Shown here piece by piece: positions 50,851 through 62,195 of a stretch of DNA of 64,000 bases (its first letter is position 1; every line of letters begins with the position of its first letter). Below the pieces are notes generated by a model. The model searched no databases, had not been told where the DNA came from, and worked only from the letters and a program-made list of their open reading frames with translations. The position numbers were made by a program, and so were the translations under genes. Source of the DNA: Candidatus Eiseniibacteriota bacterium (GTDB lineage: Bacteria; Eisenbacteria; RBG-16-71-46); the NCBI GenBank assembly GCA_016223045.1, contig JACRPT010000145.1, positions 12,040 to 76,039 on the forward strand, read 5' to 3'.

Positions 50851-52234
50851 ACCGCCGCGCCAGGGCGGGATCGGCCGCGAACTGCGCCGCGCCGTGGCCC
50901 GGCGAAGCCGAGTCCGCGACGCGCGAGGCCGCGCGGTTGCCGGCCTGGTAGAGCGCGTCGGTGATCTCCCAGGTCACCGTGTAGTCCTCGGGCGCGATCT
51001 GGAAGAACGCCGGGAGCTGGAGTCGGGCCAGCCGCGAGCAGGTCGTCCCGCGGTCCACCGGGGCGGGCGTCGGGCTCACCAGCAGCAGCGCGCGGATGCG
51101 GCGGTCGACCGTGGCGGCCTCGACCGCGATCGAGGCGCTGGACCCCGCGCCGGCGGCCAGGTAGGCGCCGGTGTCCACCGGGGTCACCCGGGCGAGGGCG
51201 CGCAGGGCATCGCGCACGTCCAGCGCCACTCGCGCGTGCGTGGCCTGCTGGCGCCCGACCCACGCCTCCGGCATCGGGCACGCAGGCGCCACCGACCAGC
51301 CCGAGCCGCGCGGGTCGAGCAGCATGACCGAGACCCCGTGGGCTCGCAGCGCCACGACCAGGCTGTCGTAGGCCAGCAGCGTGTCGCCGGCGGCCACCAC
51401 GATCACCGCGGCGCGGTGGCGGCGCGTGCCGGCCGCCGGCACGGCGAGTCCGCCGAGCGGGAAGCCGTCCGAGGCGCTGAAGCGCACGCGCTGCCCGCCG
51501 AGCGCAGCGGCGTGCGCGCGCTCGACGCGGTCGCGCACCTCGATCGCGCGCCGCACCTCGTCCTTCACGCGCCGAAGCATGCCGAGCTTGTCCGACGCCC
51601 GCTCGAGCAGGTCCAGCACCTCGAGGTCGCTGGTGCGCGAGAGCACGGCGTTCGGGATGAGCATGTCCACGACGCGCCGGTAGTCCCCACGGGCCATCGC
51701 GACGCGGGCGAGCCGGTAGCGCCACTCGGACCGCAGGGCGAGTCGCGGCTCCAGCGGTTCGAACAGCGCCGCGGCGCTGTCGGGCCGGTCGGCGAGGAAC
51801 TGCGCCCACGCCACGCGCCCCTGCAGGGCCGCGCGCGCCGCGGCGTCGCCGTCCGGCGACCCCGCGAGCGCGGGCTCGAGCCAGCGCAGCGCCTCGGCGA
51901 CGTCACCGGCGTCGCGGCGCCGCAGGAGCAGGTCCGAGAGCGCGAACAACTCCTCGTTCCCGCCGCGCAACATCACCGCCCGCCGGTAGCAGGCGAGCGC
52001 GCTCTCGGGGAGCGCGGCGCGATCGTAGCTCAGGCCCGCGAAGTAGTGCGCCTCGCCGGCGCCGTAGCGGTCGGCGGCCTCGATCGAGTCCGCGATCGCC
52101 AGCAGGCCCGCGCGCAGGGCGGCGGGCGAGTCCGCGACCGTGAGCAGCACCCGCGCGCGCGAAGCGGGGAGCCCGGCGTGGGCCGCCGCGGCGAGGACCA
52201 GGGCCAGCAGGGGGAGGAGCGCGGGACGTCGCAT
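50771..52234 (-). CDS. Secreted TPR-like + alpha/beta-hydrolase-fold protein (487 aa).
   Basis: Signal peptide MRRPALLPLLALVLAAAAHA. TPR-like N-terminal half. C-terminal ...VMLLDPRGSGWS... and ...AGAGSSAS... resemble alpha/beta-hydrolase motifs. Convergently overlaps the EamA 3' end by ~80 nt. Confidence 0.5.
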   Translation of the reverse strand: MRRPALLPLLALVLAAAAHAGLPASRARVLLTVADSPAALRAGLLAIADSIEAADRYGAGEAHYFAGLSYDRAALPESALACYRRAVMLRGGNEELFALSDLLLRRRDAGDVAEALRWLEPALAGSPDGDAAARAALQGRVAWAQFLADRPDSAAALFEPLEPRLALRSEWRYRLARVAMARGDYRRVVDMLIPNAVLSRTSDLEVLDLLERASDKLGMLRRVKDEVRRAIEVRDRVERAHAAALGGQRVRFSASDGFPLGGLAVPAAGTRRHRAAVIVVAAGDTLLAYDSLVVALRAHGVSVMLLDPRGSGWSVAPACPMPEAWVGRQQATHARVALDVRDALRALARVTPVDTGAYLAAGAGSSASIAVEAATVDRRIRALLLVSPTPAPVDRGTTCSRLARLQLPAFFQIAPEDYTVTWEITDALYQAGNRAASRVADSASPGHGAAQFAADPALARRFTAWLDGVLPARVAPRATPRARRRPG

Positions 52235-52250
52235 GGGGATCTCCTGAGGT

Positions 52251-52973
52251 TCAGGTGGAGCGTGCGACCGCGAGGAACTCGCGCTCGAGCGGGGAAAGCC
52301 CTGTGGCGGGCGCGCCCCAGGCCATGCGGTCCAGGGTACGGGCGTTGCGGCCCCGGTGGAGGATGACCGCGCGGTCGCAGAGGCGCTCGACGGTCTCGGT
52401 GATGTGGCTCGCGAACAGCACCGCGCAGCCCGCGGCGGCGAGACGGCGCAGCTCCTGCTTCGCGGCGAGCGCCGCGGCCACGTCGAATCCCTCGAGCGCC
52501 TCGTCGCACAGCAGCACCGGCGGCTCGTGGAGCACGGCGGCGGCGAACGAGAGCTTCTTGCACATGCCGTGCGAGAAGCGGCGCACCGGCTCGTCGGCGC
52601 GCCCCGCGAGCTCGAGCAGCTCGAGCAGCCTGCGCGCGTGCGCCCGCCCGTCTTCCGGTGCGAGGCCGCGCACCGCCGAGACGAACGCCAGGTGCTCGTC
52701 GGCGGAGAGCTCGTCGTAGAACGACGGCTCCTCCGCGGCATAGCCGAGCCGGCGCGCCGCCTCGCGCGGATCGCGCGCGAGGTCCACGCCTGCCACCGTG
52801 ACGCTGCCGGCGTCGGGGGCCTGGAGCCCCGCCGCGGTGCGCAGCAGCGTGCTCTTGCCCGCCCCGTTCGCGCCCAGCAGCCCGACGATCTCGCCGGGGC
52901 GGACCTCGAGCGAGACCCGGTCCAGCGCGAGCAGGTCGCCGTATCGGCGGGTCAGCCCTTCGACCCTCAGCAT
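52251..52973 (-). CDS. ABC transporter ATP-binding protein (ABC-2/DrrA-like).
   Basis: Walker A GANGAGKST, signature FSHGMCKK, Walker B LLCDEALEGFD. ATG at 52973 overlaps the upstream membrane-protein stop. Confidence 0.75.
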   Translation of the reverse strand: MLRVEGLTRRYGDLLALDRVSLEVRPGEIVGLLGANGAGKSTLLRTAAGLQAPDAGSVTVAGVDLARDPREAARRLGYAAEEPSFYDELSADEHLAFVSAVRGLAPEDGRAHARRLLELLELAGRADEPVRRFSHGMCKKLSFAAAVLHEPPVLLCDEALEGFDVAAALAAKQELRRLAAAGCAVLFASHITETVERLCDRAVILHRGRNARTLDRMAWGAPATGLSPLEREFLAVARST

Positions 52974-54187
52974 TCGCGCTCCTCGAGCCGCCACCAGCGC
53001 GGCAGCCGGCGCGCCGAATGGACCAGGGCCGCCAGCAGCACGAGCCAGCCGAAGAGCGGGATCATCAGGCTCGCCGCGAGCGCGAGGCCGAGCATGAGCC
53101 CGAAGAGCCGCCGCGCCGCCGCGCCGCGCGGGAACAAGGTCATGCCGTAGTGGACCGCCAGCAGGCCGACGGCGAGCGTGGCGCCGGCGCACCACACGAG
53201 GAACGTCGCGCGCGCGCCGGAGTCGAGCCCGCGGGCCGCGAGCGCGAGCAGCGCCGCCGTGGCGAGCGCGCCCGCGGCGACCCAGGTCGCGCGCGCTCCC
53301 CACACCGCACGGGGTCCGAGCGGGAGGCCGCGCAGCGCGGCGAAGGGGTCGCAGCACGCCAGCGCCAGCAGCCAGTCGCCGAGCGCGGCGGCGGCGGCGA
53401 GCACCAGCGCGGCGGAGAGCATGCCGGCGAGCGGCCGCTCGACCGGGGCCAGCCACACCGCGGCCGCCAGCACCGTGATCGCGAGCCAGGTCACGGCGGG
53501 CCCGCGCGCGGGTGTGGGGCGCCACGAGAGTCGCAGGTCCTTGTCGAGCAGCGCACGCCAGGTGCTGCCGGTCCAGCGCGGCGTGGGAAGCCGCGCCGCC
53601 CGCCCGCGCAGCATCGCGGCGGAGAGCAGGCGCCGCAGCGGCTCACCTGGCCCCTCCGGCAGCCGCCGCACCGCCAGCGCCCAGGCCAGGGCGCAGCCCA
53701 GGCGGGCGCAGCCGGCCAGCGCGGCGGCGGCTCCCGCGGCCAGCAGCGCCAGTGCCCACGCCGGCACGAGGCCGAGCGCTGCGGCCAGCAGCGCGACCGC
53801 GGGGACCGCGGTCCACAGCGCGTGCAACCCCGACTCCCAGGCGAGGTGACGCGCCAGCGCGGTGGCCGCGACCGGGAGCGCGAGCCACGGCAGCTCCGGC
53901 GCGCCGCCCGCGAGGCGACGCCGGTGCCGGGCGCCGGCCAGCACTCCGCCCGCGAGCGCGCACGCGCCGAGCAGCAGCGCCAGGGCCCGGACGGCCGCCC
54001 ACGGACCGGCGTCGTGCGCGAGGTGGTCGAGGGGCAGCCGGGCCTGCCACGCGATGAAGGCTCCCGTGAGCGCCCCGATCGCGAGCAGCTCGACGCGCAG
54101 CAGCCCGCCCACCGCCGCGAGGCGGCGGGAGAGCAGGGCGCGGCGGAGCGCGCGGAAGGCGGCGGAGCAGTCGTCGGGGCGGGGCAT
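52967..54187 (-). CDS. Polytopic Ala/Leu-rich membrane protein (406 aa), probable permease partner of the downstream ABC ATPase.
   Basis: About 10 hydrophobic helices. Start ATG at 54187 (MPRPDDCSAAF...). Low-complexity composition, so confidence is modest. Confidence 0.45.
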   Translation of the reverse strand: MPRPDDCSAAFRALRRALLSRRLAAVGGLLRVELLAIGALTGAFIAWQARLPLDHLAHDAGPWAAVRALALLLGACALAGGVLAGARHRRRLAGGAPELPWLALPVAATALARHLAWESGLHALWTAVPAVALLAAALGLVPAWALALLAAGAAAALAGCARLGCALAWALAVRRLPEGPGEPLRRLLSAAMLRGRAARLPTPRWTGSTWRALLDKDLRLSWRPTPARGPAVTWLAITVLAAAVWLAPVERPLAGMLSAALVLAAAAALGDWLLALACCDPFAALRGLPLGPRAVWGARATWVAAGALATAALLALAARGLDSGARATFLVWCAGATLAVGLLAVHYGMTLFPRGAAARRLFGLMLGLALAASLMIPLFGWLVLLAALVHSARRLPRWWRLEEREC

Positions 54188-54271
54188 CGCAGGCCGCGTA
54201 TTGTAGCCGAGCGGAGCGGGCCGCGGCACGCGCCTTTGCGCGGCGCCGGGCCCGCGTGGCACGATGGCGCC

Positions 54272-55201
54272 ATGAACGCCGGAGCCGCCGTCGTCCATTC
54301 GCCGGGATACCACTGCGACATCGGGCCTCACGTCTTCCCGATGGAGAAGTTCGGCATGCTGCGCGAGCGGCTGGTGGCCGGTGGCGATATCGAGGAGTCC
54401 GACCTGCTCGATCCCGCGCCGGCCACGCGCGAGGAACTGCTGCTGGTCCATGACCCCGGGTACCTCGACGATCTCGAGCGGCTGCGCTGGACCCCGCGCA
54501 CCATGATGTCCGAGCTGCCGCTGGCACGCGACATCGTAGACGCCTACGTGCTGGCCGCGGGCGGGACCACCCGGGCGGCACGCGAGGCGCTGGCCCGCGG
54601 CGCGGCCGTGAACCTCGGCGGCGGGTTCCACCATGCCGGTCCCGACCGCGCCGAGGGCTTCTGCTACATCAACGACCTCGCGGTGGCGATCCGCGTGCTG
54701 CAGCGCGAGGGCCGGGTGTGCCGCGCCGCGGTGGTGGACCTGGACGTGCACCAGGGCAACGGCACCGCGCGGATCTTCCGCGACGACGACTCGGTGTTCA
54801 CCCTGTCGCTCCACCAGCAGGCGAACTACCCGGTGCCCAAGGAGCCCGGCGATCTCGACGTGGGGCTCGCCGACGGCACCGGTGACGCGGCGTATCTGGA
54901 GCGGCTCGACGAGGCGCTCGGGCACGTGTGGGCGTTCGCGCCCGATCTCGTGCTCTACCAGGCGGGCGCGGACCCCTACTTCGACGACCGGCTCGGCGGT
55001 CTCGCGCTGACCATGGATGGCCTCGAGGCGCGTGACCGGCGCGTGCTCGAAGGCTGCGTGGCGCGCGGCATCCCGGTGGCGGTGACGCTGGGCGGGGGCT
55101 ACGCGCACGAGGTCACGGACACCGTCGCGATCCACCTCGCGACCATCCGCGTGGCGCTTTCCCTGGCGCGAAGGCCGGCGGCCGAGGAGCCCGCGCGGTG
55201 A
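54272..55201 (+). CDS. Histone-deacetylase/acetoin-utilization (AcuC)-family Zn-dependent deacetylase.
   Basis: ...VNLGGGFHHAGPDRAEGFCYINDLAVA... and ...VVDLDVHQGNGT... (Zn/active-site His-Asp motifs of the arginase/deacetylase fold). Confidence 0.8.
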   Translation: MNAGAAVVHSPGYHCDIGPHVFPMEKFGMLRERLVAGGDIEESDLLDPAPATREELLLVHDPGYLDDLERLRWTPRTMMSELPLARDIVDAYVLAAGGTTRAAREALARGAAVNLGGGFHHAGPDRAEGFCYINDLAVAIRVLQREGRVCRAAVVDLDVHQGNGTARIFRDDDSVFTLSLHQQANYPVPKEPGDLDVGLADGTGDAAYLERLDEALGHVWAFAPDLVLYQAGADPYFDDRLGGLALTMDGLEARDRRVLEGCVARGIPVAVTLGGGYAHEVTDTVAIHLATIRVALSLARRPAAEEPAR

Positions 55202-56169
55202 TCCGCTGCCTGGCGGCGGACGAGCGGGGTGCGCGCGAGGTCGCGCCCGCGGAGGCGGCGGCGATCGCGGCCGCGGGCCCGGGCGCGGTGTGGATCGACT
55301 TCGAGGACGAGCCCGAGGCCTCGGTGCGCGGGACGCTCGCGCCGCTCGGCATCCACCCGCTGGTGCTGCAGGCGGCGGCGGCCCGGGCGAAGCGGCCCAA
55401 GGTGGACGACTACGGGGCCTACCTCTACGTGGTCGTGCATTCGGCGCGGTGGGACGGCGAGAAGCCCTACCTGCGCGACGTGGACATGGTGGTGGGCCCG
55501 CGTTTCCTCGTGACGCACCACCATGGCCGCACGCGCTCGATCGATGCCGGTCGCGAGGTCGTCCCACGGCGCCCCGAGCTGCTCGCGAGCGGGCCCGCGC
55601 GGCTCATGCACTTCCTGCTCGACGTGCTCGTGGACCATTGGATGCCGATCATGGACCGGATCGCGAAGGAGCTGGATGCGCTGGAGGAGTCCGTGCTCGA
55701 GAACGCCGACAGCGCCGCGCACGCTCGCATCGTGCACCTCAAGCGCGGCACGTCGGCGCTGCGCCGCATCGTGGGCCCGCAGCGTGACACCGTGCTCGCG
55801 CTCACCCGCGACGAGTTCCGGCCGGTGCCGGCCGAGATGCGGCCCTACCTGCGCGACGTCTACGACCGGCTGGCGCGGGTGGGCGACCTGCTCGATTCGT
55901 TCCGGGACGAGACCGCCGCGCTGCTCGAACTGCACGTCTCGGTCGTCTCGAACCGGCTCAACGAGGTGATCAAGCGCCTGACGGTGATCGCGACCGTCGG
56001 CCTGCCGCTGACGCTGGTGACGAGCTACTACGGGATGAACGTGGGCAGGCCGCCCATGTTCCCCGAGCTCGGCTGGCTCGGCGGGCACCCGCTGCTGGTC
56101 GTGTGGATCGTGCTGCTCGCGACGGCGGGGCTGACGTGGTGGTTCCTGAAGGGCAAACGCTGGATGTAG
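55198..56169 (+). CDS. corA: CorA-family divalent-metal (Mg2+/Co2+/possibly Zn2+) transporter.
   Basis: C-terminal two TM helices with the YGMNVGRPPMFPE (GMN) motif. GTG start overlaps the deacetylase stop (GTGA). Confidence 0.85.
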   Translation: MIRCLAADERGAREVAPAEAAAIAAAGPGAVWIDFEDEPEASVRGTLAPLGIHPLVLQAAAARAKRPKVDDYGAYLYVVVHSARWDGEKPYLRDVDMVVGPRFLVTHHHGRTRSIDAGREVVPRRPELLASGPARLMHFLLDVLVDHWMPIMDRIAKELDALEESVLENADSAAHARIVHLKRGTSALRRIVGPQRDTVLALTRDEFRPVPAEMRPYLRDVYDRLARVGDLLDSFRDETAALLELHVSVVSNRLNEVIKRLTVIATVGLPLTLVTSYYGMNVGRPPMFPELGWLGGHPLLVVWIVLLATAGLTWWFLKGKRWM

Positions 56170-56497
56170 CACACGGGGAGCGTCAAGGAGGGGAGGGGAC
56201 GCTCCGGGCGCACGAGAGGGAATCGCTTCGGGCCTGCGGTCCGTGCGCTGCGCAGCCCCCTTCCCACGCGGTCACCCCGCCGATCCTCACCGATCACCTC
56301 GCTCGTGATCCCGGCTCGCGATCGTGGGACGACAGACCGCGTGCAGCGGACGCGGTCTCGGGTCGGGTCCGAAAGCTCCCTGCCAAGGAGTTCTTTCTGC
56401 CCGGCTGCACCGAGAAGTCTGTGGCCCGCGGGCCGCGCTGTCAATCCCCGGCTTCATCCGCTCCCGGGGGAGCGGCCCGCCGCGCGGCGCCGCCGGC

Positions 56498-57727
56498 TCA
56501 ACGCGTGGGCTTTTTCCCGTTTCCCGGCTTCGCCGGAAGCTTTGCCGTGGCCTTCGGCTTGGGCGCCGGGCCCAGCACCTCGAGCAGGCAGTCGTCGAAA
56601 CGCACCCTGCCGGGCGACGGCGCGTTGTAGGCGAACCACGCCCACACCTGCCAGGCGTCGGGCGGGATGTCCAGCTCGACGGAGGCGAGCTTCCAGTCGT
56701 TCGTCCCCGAGATGGGATCGCCCGGCAGACTCTGCACCATGCCGTGGCCCGACGTGTGGGCGTAGAGCCGCAGGAACGCCGAGCCCTTGAGACTGTCGGT
56801 CCTCACGTAGGCCGAGAGTCGCAGGCGCTTGCCCGCGAGGTTGTGGTTGCCGATCGGCTGGCACACGCCGACGCGCGCCTGGAAGAAGCCGTCGAGGCCG
56901 CCGTAGCACCGCACGGACGCTCGTCCCGAGTGGGACACCGTGGTGTCGCGCTCGACGCGCAGTCCCTCGTAGGGCGGCATCGAGTACTCCCAGGCGTTGC
57001 CGTCGCCCTCGAACCCGGGATCGGCGAGCAGGTTGACGCCCGGCGGCGCGGGCGCGGCGGGGAGCGCGGGCTCGAGCGTGAGCGACGCGTCGTCGAAGAT
57101 CACCTGGCCGGTGCCGATGAGCCCGCAGCGCAGGTAGATCACGTTGGTCGAGGGCGGCACGAACACCCGCACTTCGCGGTGCACCCAGTCGGTCTCGGGG
57201 TCCGAGAAGTAGAGGCGCTTCCAGCCCAGGTCGAGGAGCGGGTCGTCCACCTTGTTGATGCCGAGGCGTTTCGCGGCCACGTCGCGGTCCAGCTGCCACG
57301 ACTTCGCCATCTTGCCGACGGTGTCGCGGTAGGCCTGCGCCAGGATGTAGGCGCGGCCCTGCAGGCCGTTGCTGCGGGTCCACACCGCGAACACGAGATC
57401 CCGGCCCCAGGCCTCCGGTCCCACCAGCACGGCCTGGCTCCAGTTGTTCCACAGGGGGTACAGGGTGCTCGTGTTCGCGACGCTCACGGCGTAGCGGCCG
57501 CCGTGCACGAGGAACGTGTCGCGCCCGAAGAACACCGTCGGCAGGTTGGTCTCCGAGGTGTCCCAGTCCGCGGGCATCCACGCATGGCCCCCGAGCGGCG
57601 ACTCGAAGCCGGGGTTGACGAGCAGGTTCACGGGGGCGGAGCCCGCCGGGGCCGCGACGGCCCCGGCCAGCATGGGGAGGAGCGCGGCCAGCCAGGTGGC
57701 GGCGCGCGCGGGACGCAGCCGGGACAT
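56498..57727 (-). CDS. Secreted protein with two CBM4/9-type carbohydrate-binding-module-like domains.
   Basis: Signal peptide, then two occurrences of NLL(V/A)(N/D)PGFE... motifs (VNLLVNPGFESPLGGHAW, VNLLADPGFEGDGNAWEY). Lys/Pro-rich C-terminal tail. Confidence 0.5.
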   Translation of the reverse strand: MSRLRPARAATWLAALLPMLAGAVAAPAGSAPVNLLVNPGFESPLGGHAWMPADWDTSETNLPTVFFGRDTFLVHGGRYAVSVANTSTLYPLWNNWSQAVLVGPEAWGRDLVFAVWTRSNGLQGRAYILAQAYRDTVGKMAKSWQLDRDVAAKRLGINKVDDPLLDLGWKRLYFSDPETDWVHREVRVFVPPSTNVIYLRCGLIGTGQVIFDDASLTLEPALPAAPAPPGVNLLADPGFEGDGNAWEYSMPPYEGLRVERDTTVSHSGRASVRCYGGLDGFFQARVGVCQPIGNHNLAGKRLRLSAYVRTDSLKGSAFLRLYAHTSGHGMVQSLPGDPISGTNDWKLASVELDIPPDAWQVWAWFAYNAPSPGRVRFDDCLLEVLGPAPKPKATAKLPAKPGNGKKPTR

Positions 57728-57952
57728 ACGGTTCCTTTCAGAGTGCGGGGAAGGGCCGGCACGAGGCCAGCGCAACGTGGGATTATCAGAAGGGCCTCCG
57801 GCGCGGGTCAAGGGCTTTCTCCCGGGGCGCCCGCGTCTTGACGCGGCGTGGACACGCGCCGCGCGCACCGGGCCGGTTGCGGGTCGCGCGTCCCGCCGGA
57901 TAGAGTGCGGCCACGTCCCGCGCCGCCGCCTCCCGCATCCCGGAGCCCGCCG

Positions 57953-58789
57953 TTGTCCGAGTGGTTCTTCACTTCCGACCTGCACGGCCAGGGCGCCCTC
58001 TACGAGCAGGTGGTCGCGCAGGTCGCGATGCGCCGCCCGCCGGTCGTCATCCTCGGCGGCGACCTCGCGCCGCACGCCACCGGCTCCGAGGGGCTCACGC
58101 GGCAACGCGTCTTCCTGCAGGGCTTCTTCGTGGAGTTCGCCCGCCGCCTCCGCGAGGCCGCGCCCGGGCTCGAGCTGCTCGTGCTCATGGGCAACGACGA
58201 CTGGGCGGACAACATGGATGTGCTCGAACAGCACGAGGGCGCGCTGTGGCGCGTGTTCCACGGCCGCGCGCTCGCCGTGGACGGCGTGCGGCTCGCCGGG
58301 CTCTCCTGGGTCCCGATCACGCCGTTCGGGATCAAGGACTGGGAGCGCTGGGAAGACGGCGATGAGGAGTCGCCGCCCCGGCTCGACGGCTGGGTGAGCC
58401 GCGACGGCGCGGTCGAGCCGCATCGCTTCGACCCCGCGCACCGCGCGCCCACCATCGCCGGAGCGCTCGCGGAGCTCGAGGCGCAGACGCCCCCCGGGGA
58501 CACCCTGTTCGTGCTGCACTCGCCGCCGCGCGGGACGCGCTGCGACATGATCGGCGCGCACGTCCACGTCGGCTCGCGCGCGATCCGCGCATTCATCGAG
58601 CGACGCCAGCCGCCGCTCGTGCTCAGCGGACACATCCACGAGTCTCCGCGCGTCTCCTCGTCGTGGCGCGATCGCCTGGGGGAGACCATCATCGTGAACC
58701 CCGGACAGTTCGGCACGCCGTGGCTGTGCGGCGTGTGGTTCGACCCGCGCCACGTCGCCGAGTCACTGCGCCACACCGTCCACGGCTGA
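57953..58789 (+). CDS. Calcineurin-like metallophosphoesterase.
   Basis: WFFTSDLHGQG (motif I), GGDL, LMGNDD, ...GHIHESP. Start placed at the TTG at 57953 (GGAG RBS); the upstream 35 codons of the track ORF are Pro/Arg-rich. Confidence 0.6.
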   Translation: MSEWFFTSDLHGQGALYEQVVAQVAMRRPPVVILGGDLAPHATGSEGLTRQRVFLQGFFVEFARRLREAAPGLELLVLMGNDDWADNMDVLEQHEGALWRVFHGRALAVDGVRLAGLSWVPITPFGIKDWERWEDGDEESPPRLDGWVSRDGAVEPHRFDPAHRAPTIAGALAELEAQTPPGDTLFVLHSPPRGTRCDMIGAHVHVGSRAIRAFIERRQPPLVLSGHIHESPRVSSSWRDRLGETIIVNPGQFGTPWLCGVWFDPRHVAESLRHTVHG

Positions 58790-58952
58790 ACGCGCCGGCG
58801 CGCCGCGCCCCAGGTGCAGACCCGGTCGTCGCGCCGGACGCCTGTCCAGTCGCTGCAAATCCGGCACGCGTCGCGGATCCCGATTGGGAGGGCGTGAGTC
58901 CCATGATAGGATATCGCCCGCTTCCTTCTCCCCGGCACCCGGAGTCCACTCC

Positions 58953-59456
58953 ATGAAACGCGCGTTCCTCGCCGCTCTCGTGGCCGCCGCCGCGCTGTCG
59001 CTGTCAGCCCTCCCGTCCCCGTCCGACCCGCTGTGGCGCGGGTGGGACGCCGGCCTGCGCGAAGCCAGCACCACGCGGCGCCCGGTGCTCGTGGACGTCT
59101 ATACCGACTGGTGTGGCTGGTGCAAGCGCATGGATCGCGACGTGTACGCGCGTAGCGATGTGCGCGACTACCTGTCCCGCAGGTTCGTCGCGGTGCGGCT
59201 GAACGCCGAGGCCTCGGACGCCGCGTCGTACGAGGGCAAGGACTACACGGCGCGCTCGCTGGCCTCGCGCTTCCGCGTGAGTGGCTATCCGACCACCATC
59301 TTCCTCGATGCGAAAGGCGGCCACCTGGCGAACGTGCCGGGCTACATCCCGGCTGACCGCTTCCTGCTGCTCCTTCGCTACGTCGGCGACGGGCACCTCG
59401 ACCGCGGGGTGTCGTTCGACGACTTCGTGAAGAGCGCGGACCGCGCGCCGCGCTGA
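58953..59456 (+). CDS. Secreted thioredoxin-fold protein (CxxC).
   Basis: Signal peptide, then VLVDVYTDWCGWCKRMDRDVY... (WCGWC active site) and ...SGYPTTIFLD. Confidence 0.65.
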   Translation: MKRAFLAALVAAAALSLSALPSPSDPLWRGWDAGLREASTTRRPVLVDVYTDWCGWCKRMDRDVYARSDVRDYLSRRFVAVRLNAEASDAASYEGKDYTARSLASRFRVSGYPTTIFLDAKGGHLANVPGYIPADRFLLLLRYVGDGHLDRGVSFDDFVKSADRAPR

Positions 59457-59476
59457 GCGGCCTGGCAGCCGCACCC

Positions 59477-60106
59477 ATGTCGCTCCTCCACGGCGTCCGG
59501 CTCGCGGTCCTCGACACCGAGACCACGGGTCTCGACCCGGCGTCGGGCCACGCGCTGGTCGAGGTCGCGAGCGTCACGCTCGAGGACGGCGTGGTGCGCG
59601 ACACCTGGGCCACGCTGGTGCGGCCCGGCCGCCCGATCCCGCCCGCCGCCGCCGCGGTGCACGGCATCACCGACGCGATGGTGGCGCAGGCGCCCGAACC
59701 GCCGCCGGTCGCGGCCGAGCTGCGCCGGCGCTGCGGCGACCTGCCCATCGCGCTCCACAACGCGGCGTTCGATCTGCCGTTCCTGGCGGCGCTCTTGAGC
59801 GGTGCCGGCCAGCCGCCGCTCCTCAACCCGGTCGTGGACACGCTGGGGCTGGCGCGGGGCCTGTTCGACTCGGGCGGGAACTCGCTGGGCGCCCTCGCGG
59901 CGCGCTTCAGGCTCCCGCGCGAGACCGGGCACCGCGCGCTGGGCGACGCGCTGACCACCGCGCGGCTGCTCGTGGTGCTGGCCGAGCGCTGGGAGCGCGA
60001 GCGCGGCGTGCGCACGCTGGCCGAACTCGCCGCCGCGAGCCAGGACGCGCTGCGGCTGGCCCCGCGCCGCGTCACCGCGCGCGCCGAGACCGGAGTGCCG
60101 TTCTAG
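59477..60106 (+). CDS. DEDDh 3'-5' exonuclease (DnaQ/DNA Pol III epsilon-like).
   Basis: Exo I AVLDTETTGLDP, Exo II IALHNAAFDLPFL, Exo III HRALGDALTTARLL. Confidence 0.75.
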   Translation: MSLLHGVRLAVLDTETTGLDPASGHALVEVASVTLEDGVVRDTWATLVRPGRPIPPAAAAVHGITDAMVAQAPEPPPVAAELRRRCGDLPIALHNAAFDLPFLAALLSGAGQPPLLNPVVDTLGLARGLFDSGGNSLGALAARFRLPRETGHRALGDALTTARLLVVLAERWERERGVRTLAELAAASQDALRLAPRRVTARAETGVPF

Positions 60107-60190
60107 CCCGGGCGGGCCGCGCGTTGACACCGCGCAGCCCGCCCCGATAATGGTGACCGCGCGCACCGCCCGTCCCATGCCGGAGGATCC

Positions 60191-60652
60191 ATGCAGCCGC
60201 CACAGGTCGGAGAAGCCGCCCCGGACTTCAAGCTCAAGGGCCCCGGCGGGCAACCGGTCACCCTCTCGGAGTATCGCGGGCACAGGAACGTGGTGCTGGT
60301 GTTCTACCCGCTCGCGTTCTCGCCGGTGTGCACGCACCAGCTGCCCGAGATCCAGGCGGAGATCGGGCGCTTCGAGACGCTCGATGCGCAGGTGCTGGGC
60401 ATCAGCGTGGACAGCTGGTACGCGAACCAGGAGTTCGCGCGGAAGCTCCGCCTCACGTTCCCGCTGCTCTCCGACTTCGACCACCGGGCCAGCGAGGCGT
60501 ACGGCGTCTACATGCCGGAGAAGCGCTTCAGCGGCCGGGCCCTGTTCATCGTGGACCGCGAAGGCCGGGTCGCGCACGGCGAGATCGCACCGACCCCCGC
60601 GGAGATCCCGAGCAACGAGCGCGCGCTGGCGGCTCTCGAGCGGCTGAAGTAG
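60191..60652 (+). CDS. Peroxiredoxin (AhpC/TSA family, Bcp/AhpE-like).
   Basis: VLVFYPLAFSPVCTHQLPE (peroxidatic Cys in the FSPVCT context). Confidence 0.8.
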   Translation: MQPPQVGEAAPDFKLKGPGGQPVTLSEYRGHRNVVLVFYPLAFSPVCTHQLPEIQAEIGRFETLDAQVLGISVDSWYANQEFARKLRLTFPLLSDFDHRASEAYGVYMPEKRFSGRALFIVDREGRVAHGEIAPTPAEIPSNERALAALERLK

Positions 60653-60690
60653 CCCGCCGGGCGTCCGGGCGCGCCGCGCCGGAAACCCCT

Positions 60691-62119
<1,429 letters not shown>

Positions 62120-62195
62120 CCTTCCGGGGGGCTAAGACCCCGGCCCCTTCCCGCCGATAACGCCGGGAGTCCCACAGTCACCTGGCGGGAGGTCC

